From Bugula neritina (taxonomy: Eukaryota > Animalia > Bryozoa), in NCBI GenBank assembly GCA_964035545.1, contig OZ037772.1, positions 3,439,538-3,503,537 of the forward strand: a stretch of DNA of 64,000 nt, written 5' to 3'. Below the pieces are notes generated by a model that did not search any database, was not told the origin of the DNA, and saw only the letters and a list, made by a program, of their open reading frames with translations. Below are positions 29,116 through 43,425 of the stretch, one piece after another. The first letter of the stretch is position 1, and each line of letters begins with the position of its first letter. The translations under genes were made by a program, and so were the position numbers.

Positions 29116-29323
29116 ATTTTTACTGGCCAGATCTTGTAAATTTAGTGTTAATTGTGCTTATAACACACTGCATTAGTAAGTCAGTAGTTATTGTTTATGA
29201 AATGAGTTTGTGAAATAAGTTAACCTAATTAGTCTTCAGTGTGAAAGTTTGCCAGTTCTGTTTTAATTTAATTTACAAAGCTTTGGTTATATGATTTTTA
29301 ATTAAACAAAGTTTCAATTTATG

Positions 29324-30110
29324 GAATAAGTGCTTCATGTGTTTATAGATTAATGAAGTGTACTGAATCGACTAGATTCAAAAGGCAAGAGCTGTCTCTT
29401 AGCTCTAAACACAAAGGAGCTGTTAGTACCACTGATAAAAAGGCCCCAAAAACTCCCAAGAGCACAGCACCACAATCGCCATCGTTTTTGAGGCAAGATA
29501 TACTTATATGTAAATGGGTAACCACTCCCTGTAAACATCCAGTTTTATAGAACTATGGTCCCTTTGCATGGTTATATGACTTTCTACACTGTATTTTTAG
29601 GAGACTTTGCAATCGAGTGAAGTCGATAAAATCTTCTGAGCAGCTTGAGCTCGAGCAAGTTAAAACAGAAATACAATAAATTGAAAGTCTTAGGAAGATA
29701 AACAATGCAGCCGTGAGAAACTATGTGAGTGGTTCAACAAAGCGCTTCACAAGGAGTGCTACTCCTGGTAACACAGGCTCTCAGGTTAACCTCGAAATTA
29801 TTTTGTGCCAACTGTTTGTACATGACTACATGATCTGTGCATGAATAAGTGCTTCACGTGTTCATAGATTAATGAAGTGTACTGAATCGACCAGATTCAA
29901 AAGGCAAGAGCTGTCTCTTAGCTCTAAACACAAATGAGCTGTTAGTACTACTGAAAAATTTTTTTTTAGGAGACCTTGCAATCGAGTGAAGTCGATAAAA
30001 TCTTCTGAGCAGCTTGAGCTCAAGCAAGTTAAAAGAGAAATACAAGAACTGGAAAGTCTTAAGAAGATAAACGATGCAGCCGTGAGAAACTAGGTGAGTG
30101 GTTCAACAAA
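29324..30110 (+). pseudogene. Locally duplicated two-exon fragment, tentatively TPX2-like
   Basis: 29324-29435 = 29843-29955 and 29595-29738 = 29964-30108. Translation PKTPKSTAPQSPSFLR / NRVKSIKSSEQLELEQVK.EIQE.ESL.KIN resembles the TPX2 KS.E..ELE...KKNE segment. Stops are present. Confidence 0.35.
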
Positions 30111-30183
30111 ACATGGTGGCAGTGCTTTGAGTAACCCATTATAGGCCTTTGTTATTGTGTGACTGGTGAAGTTTGAGTAATAA

Positions 30184-30741
30184 TGTAATGGATTCTCATC
30201 CTCTATTGTTCTGAAATAACTGCGTGCATCAGTATACTATAAATACTGTTGCGTATCGTTCTTAATGCTGTAATTATAGTTAAGTAAGCTAGCTTGCTAA
30301 TGCCTAAGTATGGTGATTACTGTTAAGCTTTCAGCATAATGTAATTTTACTGAAATACGCATTCTGAAGTTATGTAATATTTCTTTTACTAATGTTGCTT
30401 TCTTTTGTGTGTGTCCTTTGTTGCTGAGATCGGCATTTCGGTCTTCCGAAATGCCGATATGCCGAAAATCGCCGTTTGGGCATTTCGGAGTCCCGAAATG
30501 CCGATATTCGGCATTTCGGAACCTCGATCTCGGCAACAAAGGAATGTCTTTGTCTCGCTTGTATATAAAAGCCAGCGTGTTCCAGTGTAGTTCAGACTAC
30601 TACTGGAGCTCGCTGGTAGTAGGACCACATAAGCTGTATTTGATGCTAATAAAGTTATCTTCATTCGTATTCAGATACTTGGCTTATTCTCTCTAGAGCA
30701 TGTAGGCACTAGTTGCATTCAAAACCCACAAGTTTACTACA
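30184..30741 (+). repeat. 5' LTR of element A (558 bp, TGTAAT...TACTACA)
   Basis: TG...CA ends, followed by the PBS. Repeated from 35968. Confidence 0.92.
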
Positions 30742-30742
30742 T

Positions 30743-30760
30743 TGGTGGCAGCGGTGGGAT
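30743..30760 (+). promoter_or_regulatory. Primer binding site (tRNA-Leu)
   Basis: TGGTGGCAGCGGTGGGAT, complementary to the 3' end ...AUCCCACCGCUGCCACCA of tRNA-Leu(AAG/UAG type). Confidence 0.9.
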
Positions 30761-30791
30761 TTTCGAATAACTAGTTGCCGAGCGGCGCGCA

Positions 30792-31427
30792 ATGGCCCCA
30801 GGGGACACAGCCCCTGAGGCAGCAACACCACCAGCCCTCACTGTTGAGGCGCTGGTCACAGCCCTCCAGGGATTGCGGGGGCAAGGACAGGCATCACCTG
30901 GTGACAGGTATCGCCTCCAGCCCCCGAATTTCGGAGGAGAAGGAGACGTAGAGCAATTCATCAGGGAGTTCCAGGATGTGGCCACCATCGCTGAATGGCC
31001 AGTACGGGTGCGCATCCTCCAACTTCGGGCCTGTCTGACAGGCCGGGCCAAGAGCTTCGCTCTTGGGCCTGATGAAGAGCACATCATGCGGGCTCTCAGA
31101 GCCCGGTTCGGCCTAACAGCCGAAGAAGCAGCTGATCGTTTGCAGATCATGAGGAGGGACCGGAGGACTCCCCTGGAAGACCACGCAAACGAGGTAGAGC
31201 GCCTGGCTCAGGCTGCTTTCGGTCACGCCACTGGCAATGACCGGAAGCGCCTCGTTTACAACGCGTTCTTCCGGAGCGTGAATCACCCGGACCTGCAGCG
31301 ATACTTTCTGGCCGCCAAGGTCAACAGTATAGAGGAAGCGCTGGAAATGGGGAAGGCTTACTTCCAGGTGGAAGAGCCTAGGCGACCGAGCTATACAGCC
31401 CGCCAGTACGAGCCTCGAGCCGTATGA
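30792..31427 (+). CDS. gag: Gag of element A, C-terminally truncated by an internal deletion
   Basis: Homologous to the gag of element B (DRYRL.PP.F.GE..VEQFI.EF). Lacks the CCHC knuckle. Confidence 0.88.
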   Translation: MAPGDTAPEAATPPALTVEALVTALQGLRGQGQASPGDRYRLQPPNFGGEGDVEQFIREFQDVATIAEWPVRVRILQLRACLTGRAKSFALGPDEEHIMRALRARFGLTAEEAADRLQIMRRDRRTPLEDHANEVERLAQAAFGHATGNDRKRLVYNAFFRSVNHPDLQRYFLAAKVNSIEEALEMGKAYFQVEEPRRPSYTARQYEPRAV

Positions 31428-34400
31428 AGGCGCGCATGGTACGTTGGCGGACGGATCATGCATCCCTTTCTACGGCGTCATTTCACTACCTGGACGCGTC
31501 CGTGATCAAGCAATTCACGAGACGTTCATAGTCAGCCAGCTGAAGGAGGACGCCATCCTGGGAATGCCGTTTCTGGAGAAACACCAGTGTCACATGGATT
31601 TCCAGAAGTCAGTGGTGGTGATGGCTGGGAAGGAGCTTGTCTGCGTCGACAAGTTCGGAAGGCCCTTGGTGGGCGGAGTCCAGGTAGTGCGGGACTGCAC
31701 GGTTCCGGGGAGATCCCAGGCGACTCTTCGCTGCAGAGTCAACTGCAAGGGGATCGCCGGCCTGGGGGTGGTTGAGGGAACGCACGGAGCGATCTGACTA
31801 GCAAACAGCCTAAATCGGCTAGATTGTCGGCAGGAGCTCCTCGTGCAGTGCATCAACCCCTTCACGGAACCTGTCCGATTATCGGCTGGAGCGCTGGTGG
31901 GGAAGTACCACTTCATCCAGGAAGCGGATGTGGGTCCGGCACTGGAGACAGTGGCCGACACCCAGGGGAACCCCCCTCACACCAGACGAGGAGCAGTCCC
32001 GGAGCATATGGCTGACCTATACGATGGAGCGTGCGGAAACTGTACAAGTAGTACTGAACGCCAAGTACTGGCTCAACTACTTGCAGAGTACAGTGATGTC
32101 TTCAGTCGTGGCGATGGAGACATGGGGCTGACCAAGGTCATCTCCCACGAGATACCCCTGGCAGCCGGCACCACTCCCATCAGGCAGCCTACCCGGCGTC
32201 TAGGCCCGGAGAAGGAGAAGGAGGTGAGCCGACAGGTACAGGATCTTCTCGACCGGGATCTGATTGAGCCTGCCCACGGTGCGTGGAGCTCTCCAGTAGT
32301 CCTGGTCAAGAAGAAGGATGGTAGCTGGAGATTCTGCGTGGACTACCGCAGACTCAACAGCGTTACCATCCAGGACGCCTACCCTCTCCCACGGATAGAT
32401 GAGTCTCTAGATGCCCTCGCGGGTAGCAAGTACTTCAGTACTTTGGATCTGCTTAGCGGGTACTGGCAAGTACCCCTCAGTCCTGATGCCCAGGACAAAG
32501 CAGCATTCATCACCCGCGACGGGCTCTGGAAGTGGAAAGTACTGCCATTTGGATTAACGTCCGCTCCGGCAACTTTCCAACGGCTCATGGAGCAGGTCCT
32601 CAGTGGGTTACACTGGAAGACCCTCCTCATCTATCTGGACAACGTCATTGTCATCTCCCCAGACTTCTCGACTCATGTCAGTCGTCTGCGGGAGGTCTTT
32701 GACCGTCTCCGGGCAGCTGGACTGAAGCTGAAGCCCTCCAAGTGTGCACTCCTGCAGCCGGAAGTCACGTACCTGGGCCATGTGGTTGGCCGTGATGGGG
32801 TCGCTACCGACCCGGAGAAGGTACAGGCTGTGAAGGAGTGGACTGTCCCCCGTAACCTCCCTGAGTTGCGCGCGTTCCTGGGCCTAGCAGGGTACTACCG
32901 GCAGTACATACCTGGCTTCGCAGGAGTGGCTCAGCCGTTGAATCGGCTGACCGCAAAGGGGGTCCGGTGGCAGTGGACACAGGAGGAGCAGCAGGCATTT
33001 GACCACCTTAAGCAGCGGCTAATGGAGGCGCCAATTCTGGCGTATCCTGACCCAGCCCAAGAGTACATCCTGGACACCGACGCCAGCGACCACAGCGTGG
33101 GAGCTGTCCTGTCTCAAGTCCAGGGTGGAAGTGAGGTGGTCGTGGCTTACTACAGCAAGACTCTCGCGGCCGCCGAGAAAAACTACTGCACCACTAGGAA
33201 GGAACTCCTAGCAGTAGTCAAGGCGGTCAAGCACTTTCGGCCATATCTGTATGGGAGAACGTTCCGTTTGCGAACAGACCATGCATCACTGATATGGCTG
33301 TGTAAACGTGCAGAGCCCTCGAGCCAGGTGGCTCGTTGGCTGGAGATTCTTGCCGAGTTCTCCTACCGGATAGAGCACCGTGCTGGCCGGAAGCACGGGA
33401 ACGCCGACGGCATAAGCCGCCGGCCGGTAGGAGACTGTAAGCAGTGCCTGCACATTGAGAAGCGGGACGGGGGACCCGCTCGCCTTGACGTGGAAACAGA
33501 GTTAGGGGAGGGCGCCGTCTATCGATGGGAGCACGGCCATCTTCGGACCGAAACCCACTCAGACGACGTCCAGGCGCTTCACGCCAACCCCACTCTGTAC
33601 CAGAACGTCAAGGAGTTGTGCCGACTCCAGGAGACGCTACCCGGCGCGGTAGCGGACATCTTCCGGGCTAAGAAGGAGGGCCAACGACCTAGCGAGGAAC
33701 AGCAGCGGCAGGGAGACGTTGAGTTCCAACTCCTCTGTCGTCGCTGGGATGCCCTCAAGGTCAGTCCTGATGGCCTCCTGATGATAACGTTAGCAGCAGA
33801 CAACCGTCAGCAGGAGAGGGACCGCGTCGTCTGTCCACGCGCCCTCCGACGGGAACTGATCTGGGACACCCATAAGCAGGCTCACTCTGGAGTCAGTCGG
33901 GTCATCAGGTGTCTGCGGCTGCGTTGGTATTGGCCCGGAATGACTCGGGACGTACGACTGCGGGTACGGCAATGCGAGGTCTGCCAAGCTAGCAAGCATG
34001 GCCGCCCCACGGAAACCACTGGTCGACGCCGGCTATACGCTGGTCGACCGTGGCAGGTAGTGGCGGTGGACCTCGTCGGGCCTATGCCGTTATCCGCCAG
34101 AAGGAACACCTGGATACTGGTGCTCACGGACCACTTTACCCGGTGGGCAGATGCTCTGGCTATTCCAGATGCAACAGCCCCCACGGTGGCCCGTACCCTG
34201 GACCAACATGTGTTCTGTTACCTCGGTTTACCCGAGCAGATACATACGGACCAGGGTGCCCAGTTCCAGTCCCAGCTCATGGGAGACCTCTGCCGGATAT
34301 GGGGGGTGAACCAGAGTCGGACCACCCCATATCACCCGCAAGGGAACGGAGTCGTCGAGCGGAACAACAGGATGTTGGGTGACGCCCTCAGGAGCCTGCT

Positions 34401-35745
34401 CCTTGGCCGAGGTCAGGAAGAATGGGACGTGGTGCTGCCGCAAATCATGCGGGCTTACCGCAGCACACCACACTCCGCCACGCAGGAGACCCCAAACTTC
34501 CTGGTGCTAGGCCGAGAGACGCGGGTTCCGGAACACCTGACATACCATGTTCCTGCCCCCGAGTCACCGGTACACAAATATGTGGAGGGTCTGATAGACA
34601 TCATGGGCAAAGCTCATGATGCACTGCGTACCCAGCAGTGGCAGACCCGCACAGAGGACTCGGAGGAGCCCCCGTTGTACCAGGTGGGAGACTGGGTCTG
34701 GATGGTGAGCTATCGTAGGCGACGCGGACAGTCGGCTAAGCTTCAGCCCAAGTTTGTCGGTCCCTACTGCGTGGTAGAGGTGCTGCCAAACCATACATAC
34801 CGTGTGGAGCGCTCTGGACAGGTCTCAGTCCAGAGCGAGCAGCGCCTGAAGCCGTACCAGGCCAGCCCAGACGCGGTGGGTCAAGCCCCACCCCTCCTGG
34901 AGCCCCACCGCCAGCCCAGCCGTCGAGTACAGGCCACCCGCCCTCGAGAGGTGGAAATTGTGTTCCCCAGAGAGATGGACCAGGAGCAAACCGCCCTGTT
35001 GGAGCAGCTAGAGCGACAACAGAGAGAGGAGCGGGAACAAGAACGACAGCAAGCCCTAGGACCACCACCCCTCCAGGGGGAGGACACCCCCACCCGTGTT
35101 ACGGGTGAAGGCGGGGACCCCCCTTCAGCGGTAGCTGAGGAGCCACCGGCACCAGCAGCACCTATACAGCAGGAACGGAGTCAGAGGGCCAGAAGGCCCC
35201 CCAGATATCTGGCGGACTACCACGTGGGACACATGGAGATGTCCCAACAGAGGAGTGGTACACCCAGTACGGGTAAAAACTCCGAGCCTAAGTTGCAGAA
35301 CAGCCCTGGCAGTACCGGACTTCTCCAAAAGCAATTACCCCCAGACCAGCACAGTCACCTGGACAACAGGTACCCAGCTCTTTCGGGTAATGTTGGCCGA
35401 GGTAGGTGGCGATACCCCATACCTATGGCTAACTTGGACCCCCCTCCAGAAGAAGAGGACGAGGCCACGACCCTACTACCCGCCCAGCTGATTGGAGATG
35501 GCGCTACCGCAGCCACCACCCAGCCTCTACGGGTAGCGCTGGCAAGACTGGGCAAGGAGCCTGGAGCACCAGGCAGCCAGATAGAAGAGAAAACCCAGCC
35601 GACCCACTCACAATTGCCCCGTCACGGGCAGAGTATGGCACTTCCTTATCGAGAGTGCGTCCTAGATAGTGCAATCCAGGCCTGGTCCGGTACCCTTGAC
35701 CGTTGTACAGAAGGGATAGAAAGCCTGGTGCACCACCTCAAATAA
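31408..35745 (+). pseudogene. pol: Pol of element A (partial protease, RT, RNaseH, integrase with GPY motif)
   Basis: RT motifs (WRFCVDYR, LPFGL) with YLDD mutated to YLDN at 32641. RNaseH DTDAS. Integrase HHCC, D-D-E and GPY. Stop at 31795-31797. Protease DSG motif missing. Confidence 0.95.
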
Positions 35746-35957
35746 CTGAACCGGACAATTGGGAGCCGCCAGCATTGGCCAGCCGGACTGTATATATTAC
35801 GGGTACTACTATCGTTTATATTATTGTGATACGTGTGACTAATCATAATACTTTCTGTTAATCGCATATTTTTCTACTTTTGTGTTTTATTTTTTTGTTT
35901 TCTTTTTGTTTTGTGTGAAATGATTGTTCTGTTATCGAAAAGAGGATGCTTTTCGAT

Positions 35958-35967
35958 GGGGGGAGAA
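35958..35967 (+). promoter_or_regulatory. Polypurine tract of element A
   Basis: GGGGGGAGAA immediately before the 3' LTR TGT. Confidence 0.85.
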
Positions 35968-36323
35968 TGTAATGGATTCTCATCCTCTATTGTTCTGAAA
36001 TAACTGCGTGCATCAGTATACTATAAATACTGTTGCGTATCGTATAATTACAGCATTAAGAACGATACGCAACAGTATTTATAGTTAGGTAAGCTAGCTT
36101 GCTAATGCCTAAGTATGGTGATTACTGTTAAGCTTTCAGCATAATGTAATTTTACTGAAATACGCATTCTGAAGTTATGTAATATTTTTTTTACTAATGT
36201 TGCTTTCTTTTGTGTGTGTCCTTTGTTGCTGAGATCGGCATTTCGGTTTTCCGAAATGCCGATATGCCGAAAATCGGCGTTTTGGCATTTCGGAGTCCCG
36301 AAATGCCGATATTCGGCATTTCG
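35968..36323 (+). repeat. Truncated 3' LTR of element A
   Basis: Matches 30184-30519 with a few substitutions and one inverted duplication. Similarity stops abruptly at 36323. Confidence 0.92.
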
Positions 36324-36932
36324 AGTGCACTCAATATCTCATGTTTACTCACGACAACCTGTTTGCTTAGCAGAATATTGGATATCCCATTCCTAACCTA
36401 GACTACACAATGTTCTCCAACCTATCACATGACACTAGTAAAACTATACAATTCAAGAAAATCAATGATGTATTTAAACATGAAAAATAACCCAATGTTG
36501 AGTCGACCGGCCTTTTAATTTGCAGTGAAATTTACTTGCACTCAATTCCCATAAAATAATGTTAAAATTGCATTTGAAATAGTCCGGCAGCCATACAGGC
36601 TCATCTGGTAATGTACGTCATTCGAAACATCAACAATTATATGTCCCAGATGTTGCAGCAGATAAATATTTCCAGGCTCATGGAGGTACCAGAAAAAATA
36701 GTAGGTAAATAAAAACTGTATGACCAGCAGCGTAAATAAATAAACTAATGTCTGGCAGATAAATGTAAGTAAAGTTTCAGATACGGACGCTGTACTGTTA
36801 GCATACATACTACACATAATATGTTGAGTTGAGTAAATAAGCAGGAAATAGTCATACAGGAAGTAGTTGCACAGAAAGTGATGAAACAGGAAGTGATGAA
36901 ACAGGAAGTAGTTGCACAGGAAGTACTGATAC

Positions 36933-37840
36933 CCTTCTCTGAGTGAGATAGAGTGTGAACACCGAGTGTGACCTTGAACTCTTGTCATGCATGCCGGTAC
37001 TGACAGTGGCACGCTGCCGATTACCCAGAGTCAGCAGTTTCTACGGAACATGAAACACATTTGATTACCAGCTGCAGAAGTCTTGAGATGTTCTCTTAAG
37101 TGAAATTAGTCCACAATTCTTTTCAAATAGATATAAAACATATATAAAAGTTTGAGAGTTGAAGTTTGAAGGCTATAATAATGCATACATTCTGTTTGTT
37201 GCTCGAGAAAGCTTTATTATTTGCCAGCAGATCGGGAATCTTCTCGTTGTAGATCTCAAAGAAAGATGTCTCCACATTCACAGAACACTGAAACATGAAG
37301 TAGACGACATAATGGCACTGCTGAAATATAATGCAGACATAAAACCATCACAACAAAGTCAAGGTAAAAAGATATTGTTGCTAAAAAGTTATGTATATAA
37401 TAATTTATTTCAGATTTGTGCAATTATTATGAAATAACACTCTATACTAGTCTATCGTCATCAAAACATAACTCTGATTAGCTACTCTGTGATAATGTTC
37501 CCTCTAATCTGTAGCTCAAAAAGAGTAAATAATAGCCTCAGTACCATCAGACTCACCACATTATTATTGGCGAACTGTAGCTTGTTGACCCTGTGAAACA
37601 GCTCTTCGGAGAATCTTGGTATAACTCCATCACCGCTGCTGTGTCCCATAATGCTGTAACTCTTCCCAGACCCTGTCTGGCCGTACACAAACAGACAAGT
37701 GTTGTAACCTTGAAACGCTCTCGTCAAAATGGGTTGGGCAACGCATCCATACAACCTCTGATGACTGGAGAATCCCGGGCTATGCGAGTCAAAAGAGTCG
37801 AACGAGCAGTCGTACTGAGACGTGTGTGCCGGACTGCTAT
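36933..37840 (-). pseudogene. KIF14: Kinesin-3 (KIF14-like) motor-domain fragment
   Basis: Exon 37557-37840: AFQGYNTCLFVYGQTGSGKSYSIMG, P-loop. Exon 37189-37287: SFFEIYNEKI.DLL. Exon 36933-37040: LGNRQRAT.STGM.DKSSRSHSVF, switch I. The LRVREHP..GPYV segment and switch II (DLAGSE) were not found. Confidence 0.75.
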
Positions 37841-40034
37841 CTGAAAGAATATGGGAAAGGCTACAAACAGCACAGCTAAACAGAGGTCAAAGGACATTCA
37901 AACAGGTGAAATACACTTTAATACAGCCGAACAGTAACTCAAATGAGTTTATGGAAGCTATATAAATGTTCATATTTCCTCTTAAGTGAAGAGGGGACAA
38001 CTCCACTGATTAGTTTAATAAACAAGTATTCCTTGTGAGACGCAGTGTTTGAGTGTATACTTGTGCTGGTTAAAGCAGAGTGTGAACAAAAGTATTTCAA
38101 ATACGTGGTCGCAGTGTCGTACTGACTAGGTGGAGTCCCCTACAACAGAAGCAGGGTGCTCTGTTGCAGATGAGACTGTTCATGTTGAGGAACTAAAAGA
38201 CCTGCCCTCACCACCACCAGCCATACAGTTGCCCCCCCCCCCCCCGACACTCATTTGGACTACTTCTACTGCTAGTATTTTGTGGAGCCTGATCCATGTA
38301 TAATAGAGTGACCTAGACCCACCGACTATCTTCTTCTCTCATCTCTCCGCCCTTCTCACCCTCCCGTCATAATAAGAGGAAGAGTTGCATTAGTCGGCTA
38401 CCAGTAATATAGAGGAGAGAGATTCAGACGCCGCGATCTCCAGCACTGATCACACAGCAATTAGGTCACTGCTATTATCAGTACATGCTATATTAGAAGT
38501 AGCAACATGGCTACCAACAACATAGCAATGTGCACTTCTTTCAACTCACCTGAGTGAACAGGAAGAGAAGTAAATGCTCTGCTTTGAGCTGATTGACTTC
38601 TGGTGCCATTACTAAATACTAGTTGAGTCACAGAATCTGGTAGTTTACTAAAACATACAAAGAAACAGTCAGACTTGCTTTTCAAGGTTTCTATATCAAA
38701 AATCATATTAATGTGAAGCATGATAAAAATAACTCAGTGTACATACTGTAAGTGAAAACAACATTTAAAGCAAGTGGGCTTATATGGTCAGAATTTGAGT
38801 AAAATACTCTTTAAGAAATCCTATGCCAACAAACACTGCGTGATAGATAACTTCTATTTAATTTTATAATCATTATTCTACAAAATTATATTTATTTTAC
38901 AAGCAAATTCAATAACTTTATCAAAAAAGTTCTATGATTATATGATCGATCAAAATCTCAGTAAAGATACAACTAATATACATAGTACTAAGATGTTATG
39001 AAGAGTAACTCAAATAATTCTAACATAGCTGTGTTTTATTACTTTGAGTTACAACAACAGTTGTGCTCAGACTAGACTGCGGATGTGTAAGATCGTTGTG
39101 CAGACAAAGCATCACAGTAAACATGCCTACTGTCACTGCCTTGACAAAACCTCATGTTACCCTGTATGCTAATCATATTGATAAAAGTTATTTTTAGTTG
39201 AATTAATTTTCCGGCTTATAGTATGAATCTGCACTTACGCCACATATTGGTTACTAGAGGGCGCTCCAGGTAGGCCAGTCTCATGCGCAGCGACAGAACC
39301 ATATTGATAACTTGACTGTGTGATAGGACTTTTATTACTGCAGCACGGTTAGGAAATTATGTCTATTAAAGTAAAGTCCGAAAAATTACAAAGAAATACA
39401 GTGATTGACTAGTTAGATATACATTAAATAAACATAATAAAACGCAGATAATAAATTATATACATGTTATTAAATTAAATTTTGTGACTAAAACAAAATC
39501 CTTGTAGCTATCCATGCTGATCTTTTGACAGCGGTATAAAAACAAGCACCTGTCACACATCCGGATTGGGCATTGTCTCCCCCGCCATGACTGACTCGCT
39601 TCTTAGACTGATCTGAAAATGCATCAATTGAGTAAAAAACAGGTTTGCATATTGCATAATAATATAAATGTTGACAAAAAGACATAAATTGAAAGTTAAA
39701 AGTTAAACTAATTATTGATAAGAAAGACTGGGTTCTTACAGCACCTACTTGAAAGGCACACTATTATATATAACTATATTTTTGTTGTACAGATCAACAT
39801 CTGCAGTTTTTCAGAGAAACTAAACTGAATTATGTTGTAAGGCTATTCATGCTATAGTTAACCACTACTATCAATCAATAAAAACAGAAACTGAAAATAT
39901 CTCTAGTTACTGTGACATTTCAAAAATGTTGTAAGAAAAATTATTCCAACTGGTAGAAATTGAAAAATTATATTTATAAAAATATTGCAACCTGTAGAAA
40001 ATTTCAAAAATGTTTTCAAACAAATCTAAATTTA

Positions 40035-41532
<1,498 letters not shown>

Positions 41533-43119
41533 GACATCATTTCCTTCCATATTACAACAGTAAGTAGATATATTATGATCAATACCAAAACTATGCCAAC
41601 CCAATTTCCAAACTACCATTCAGATTTGGCATGTAAGCCAATAAATTAATATGAATAGACTCATTTCAAACTATCACAAGAGTTTGCTATTTTATGATGC
41701 TGTAAGTAAACTGTGGTATAAAAATTAATGTAAAACACGCTTTTTAGTGACTGTAGTACATGTAGAACTAGTAGTTTCTCAAAATTTTATAATGCAAAAA
41801 ACTCTAAAATTTTATGCTGATTCATCAACTTATATTTTAATGTAGAATACCTCTATCCTCTTTTCTAACTGTAGATCACTCACTATCTATGTTTGTATAC
41901 ATATCATTTGTTAAAAGACTCTCAATTTATCAGATTATTTAAAACTACATTTTTCTCTTTATTTCACTTAAATTTCAACATAAAAATTCAATTGAGTATG
42001 AAATAACGTTAAAATTAACTTCAAGAATCTTGGTATGTTTTTAAAAATATAAAACCCTATTTCAAACTTTGATAATTTAGAAAAAATTAGTTTAAAATCA
42101 TTTGTATATAATTGCAGCAACAATTACTATTAGTTAATTGAAAAAGGTTTTGATTTAGCTGACCTATGGCTAATAATAAATTGTTCAAATTTTTGTACAC
42201 GTGTCACCAACTTTAAATTACTTAGTTTACAAATACTTTTGCTGGTCTTAAGAGTCTATCGATGATAAAAATAGTCTTTCCTTCCACAAGTGAGCTAACA
42301 TTGAAATCAACATTTATTTGATCTTGTCTTCAGCTTCTGCCCAGATATGGCAATTTCAACTTGCTAAACCAAAATTGAAAAGTTCATTTCTATCATTATT
42401 GCATATGAAATGAGCATTTCGCAGTTGAACTCATCAGAAATGACAGAATTAATATGAAAAAAATGAAATACAGTTTAAATTAGATCAAATTTGTTTGCAG
42501 TTTTACTGCATTGTCATGGCCCATGAGCATAATATCAACATGTATACAGCTAATAGCATGACTGTTTTACTACTAATATTATAAGTTTTTACTTTCAGCA
42601 TAATCGACTATTACACTTACTATAGCAATAGGCATGGTCAATGACCATAAATTAAGTGTTAGCATGGCTATCAGTAATAAGTACAGCATAATAGATTATT
42701 ATTATAAATGTATTTATACAAATAGTAACGGTAATACTAAAAGTAATATTTTTAGCTATAATTGGTATCCACCAGTTTGCACTACAATTTTAAATTACAT
42801 ACAGCTTCAACTTGAAAGTAAGAGTGAAACGTTTAATAGTTATTACTATAACTATGACTAATAAGATTAGTATAATATGGTAAACCTGATACTTAACCTA
42901 TTTGTAGATTCTAAACTTTTAAATTAGACCTAATAGTAATAGTAATAGTAGTAGCAGCAACCTTGCGGTAACTCCTACAGTTAATCCTAGTTCTATCATC
43001 TATCAGTATCATTATGATTATCATTATGATTATTACTATCAGTATCAGTACCACCATCACCATGACTTCAAGTCTAAAACTATTACTATGAGTATCAGTA
43101 TGACTGACTGTGAGAGTAT

Positions 43120-43425
43120 TGTTATAGTTTTCAGATTTAGGGTTGATATGCTATCCAGAGAGTCTATTTATCTAGTATAGAACTACACCAGGCTAAGTCG
43201 AGTGAACGAGTATATTTTATACACAACTATACATTATAAAAACACGATACATTATTTCTAACAAGTTACACATCTAATCTATTTCACACTCTAGCTTCGA
43301 CTGAGTTAGCAGCGGGAAACTACAATTGCTGCTAACTATCAACTACGCTAATTGGCTATCCATTGTTCCGGGTCAATTACGCGACCCTACATGTTGTGCT
43401 GCTGGTAGTTCCACGAACCACCACA
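43120..43425 (-). repeat. 3' LTR of element B
   Basis: Preceded on the minus strand by a G-rich PPT, GGTGGGGGCGG (43426-43436). Confidence 0.95.

Larger units (their letters stand above)
30184..36323 (+). mobile_element. Ty3/Gypsy LTR retrotransposon A (defective, 3' LTR truncated)
   Basis: Order is LTR, PBS, gag, partial protease, RT, RNaseH, integrase, PPT, LTR. GC content is much higher than the flanks. Confidence 0.97.

Noticed and set aside
30737-35555. Many antisense and alternative-frame ORFs within Gypsy A (and likewise in B)
   Set aside because: Expected shadow ORFs of GC-rich coding DNA, with no motifs.
39250-39266. CTCF-like motif ACTAGAGGGCGC
   Set aside because: Single short motif with no supporting context.
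42405-42445. Minus-strand CTGATGAG...GAAA resembling a second hammerhead
   Set aside because: Stem II is weak and stem I cannot form.
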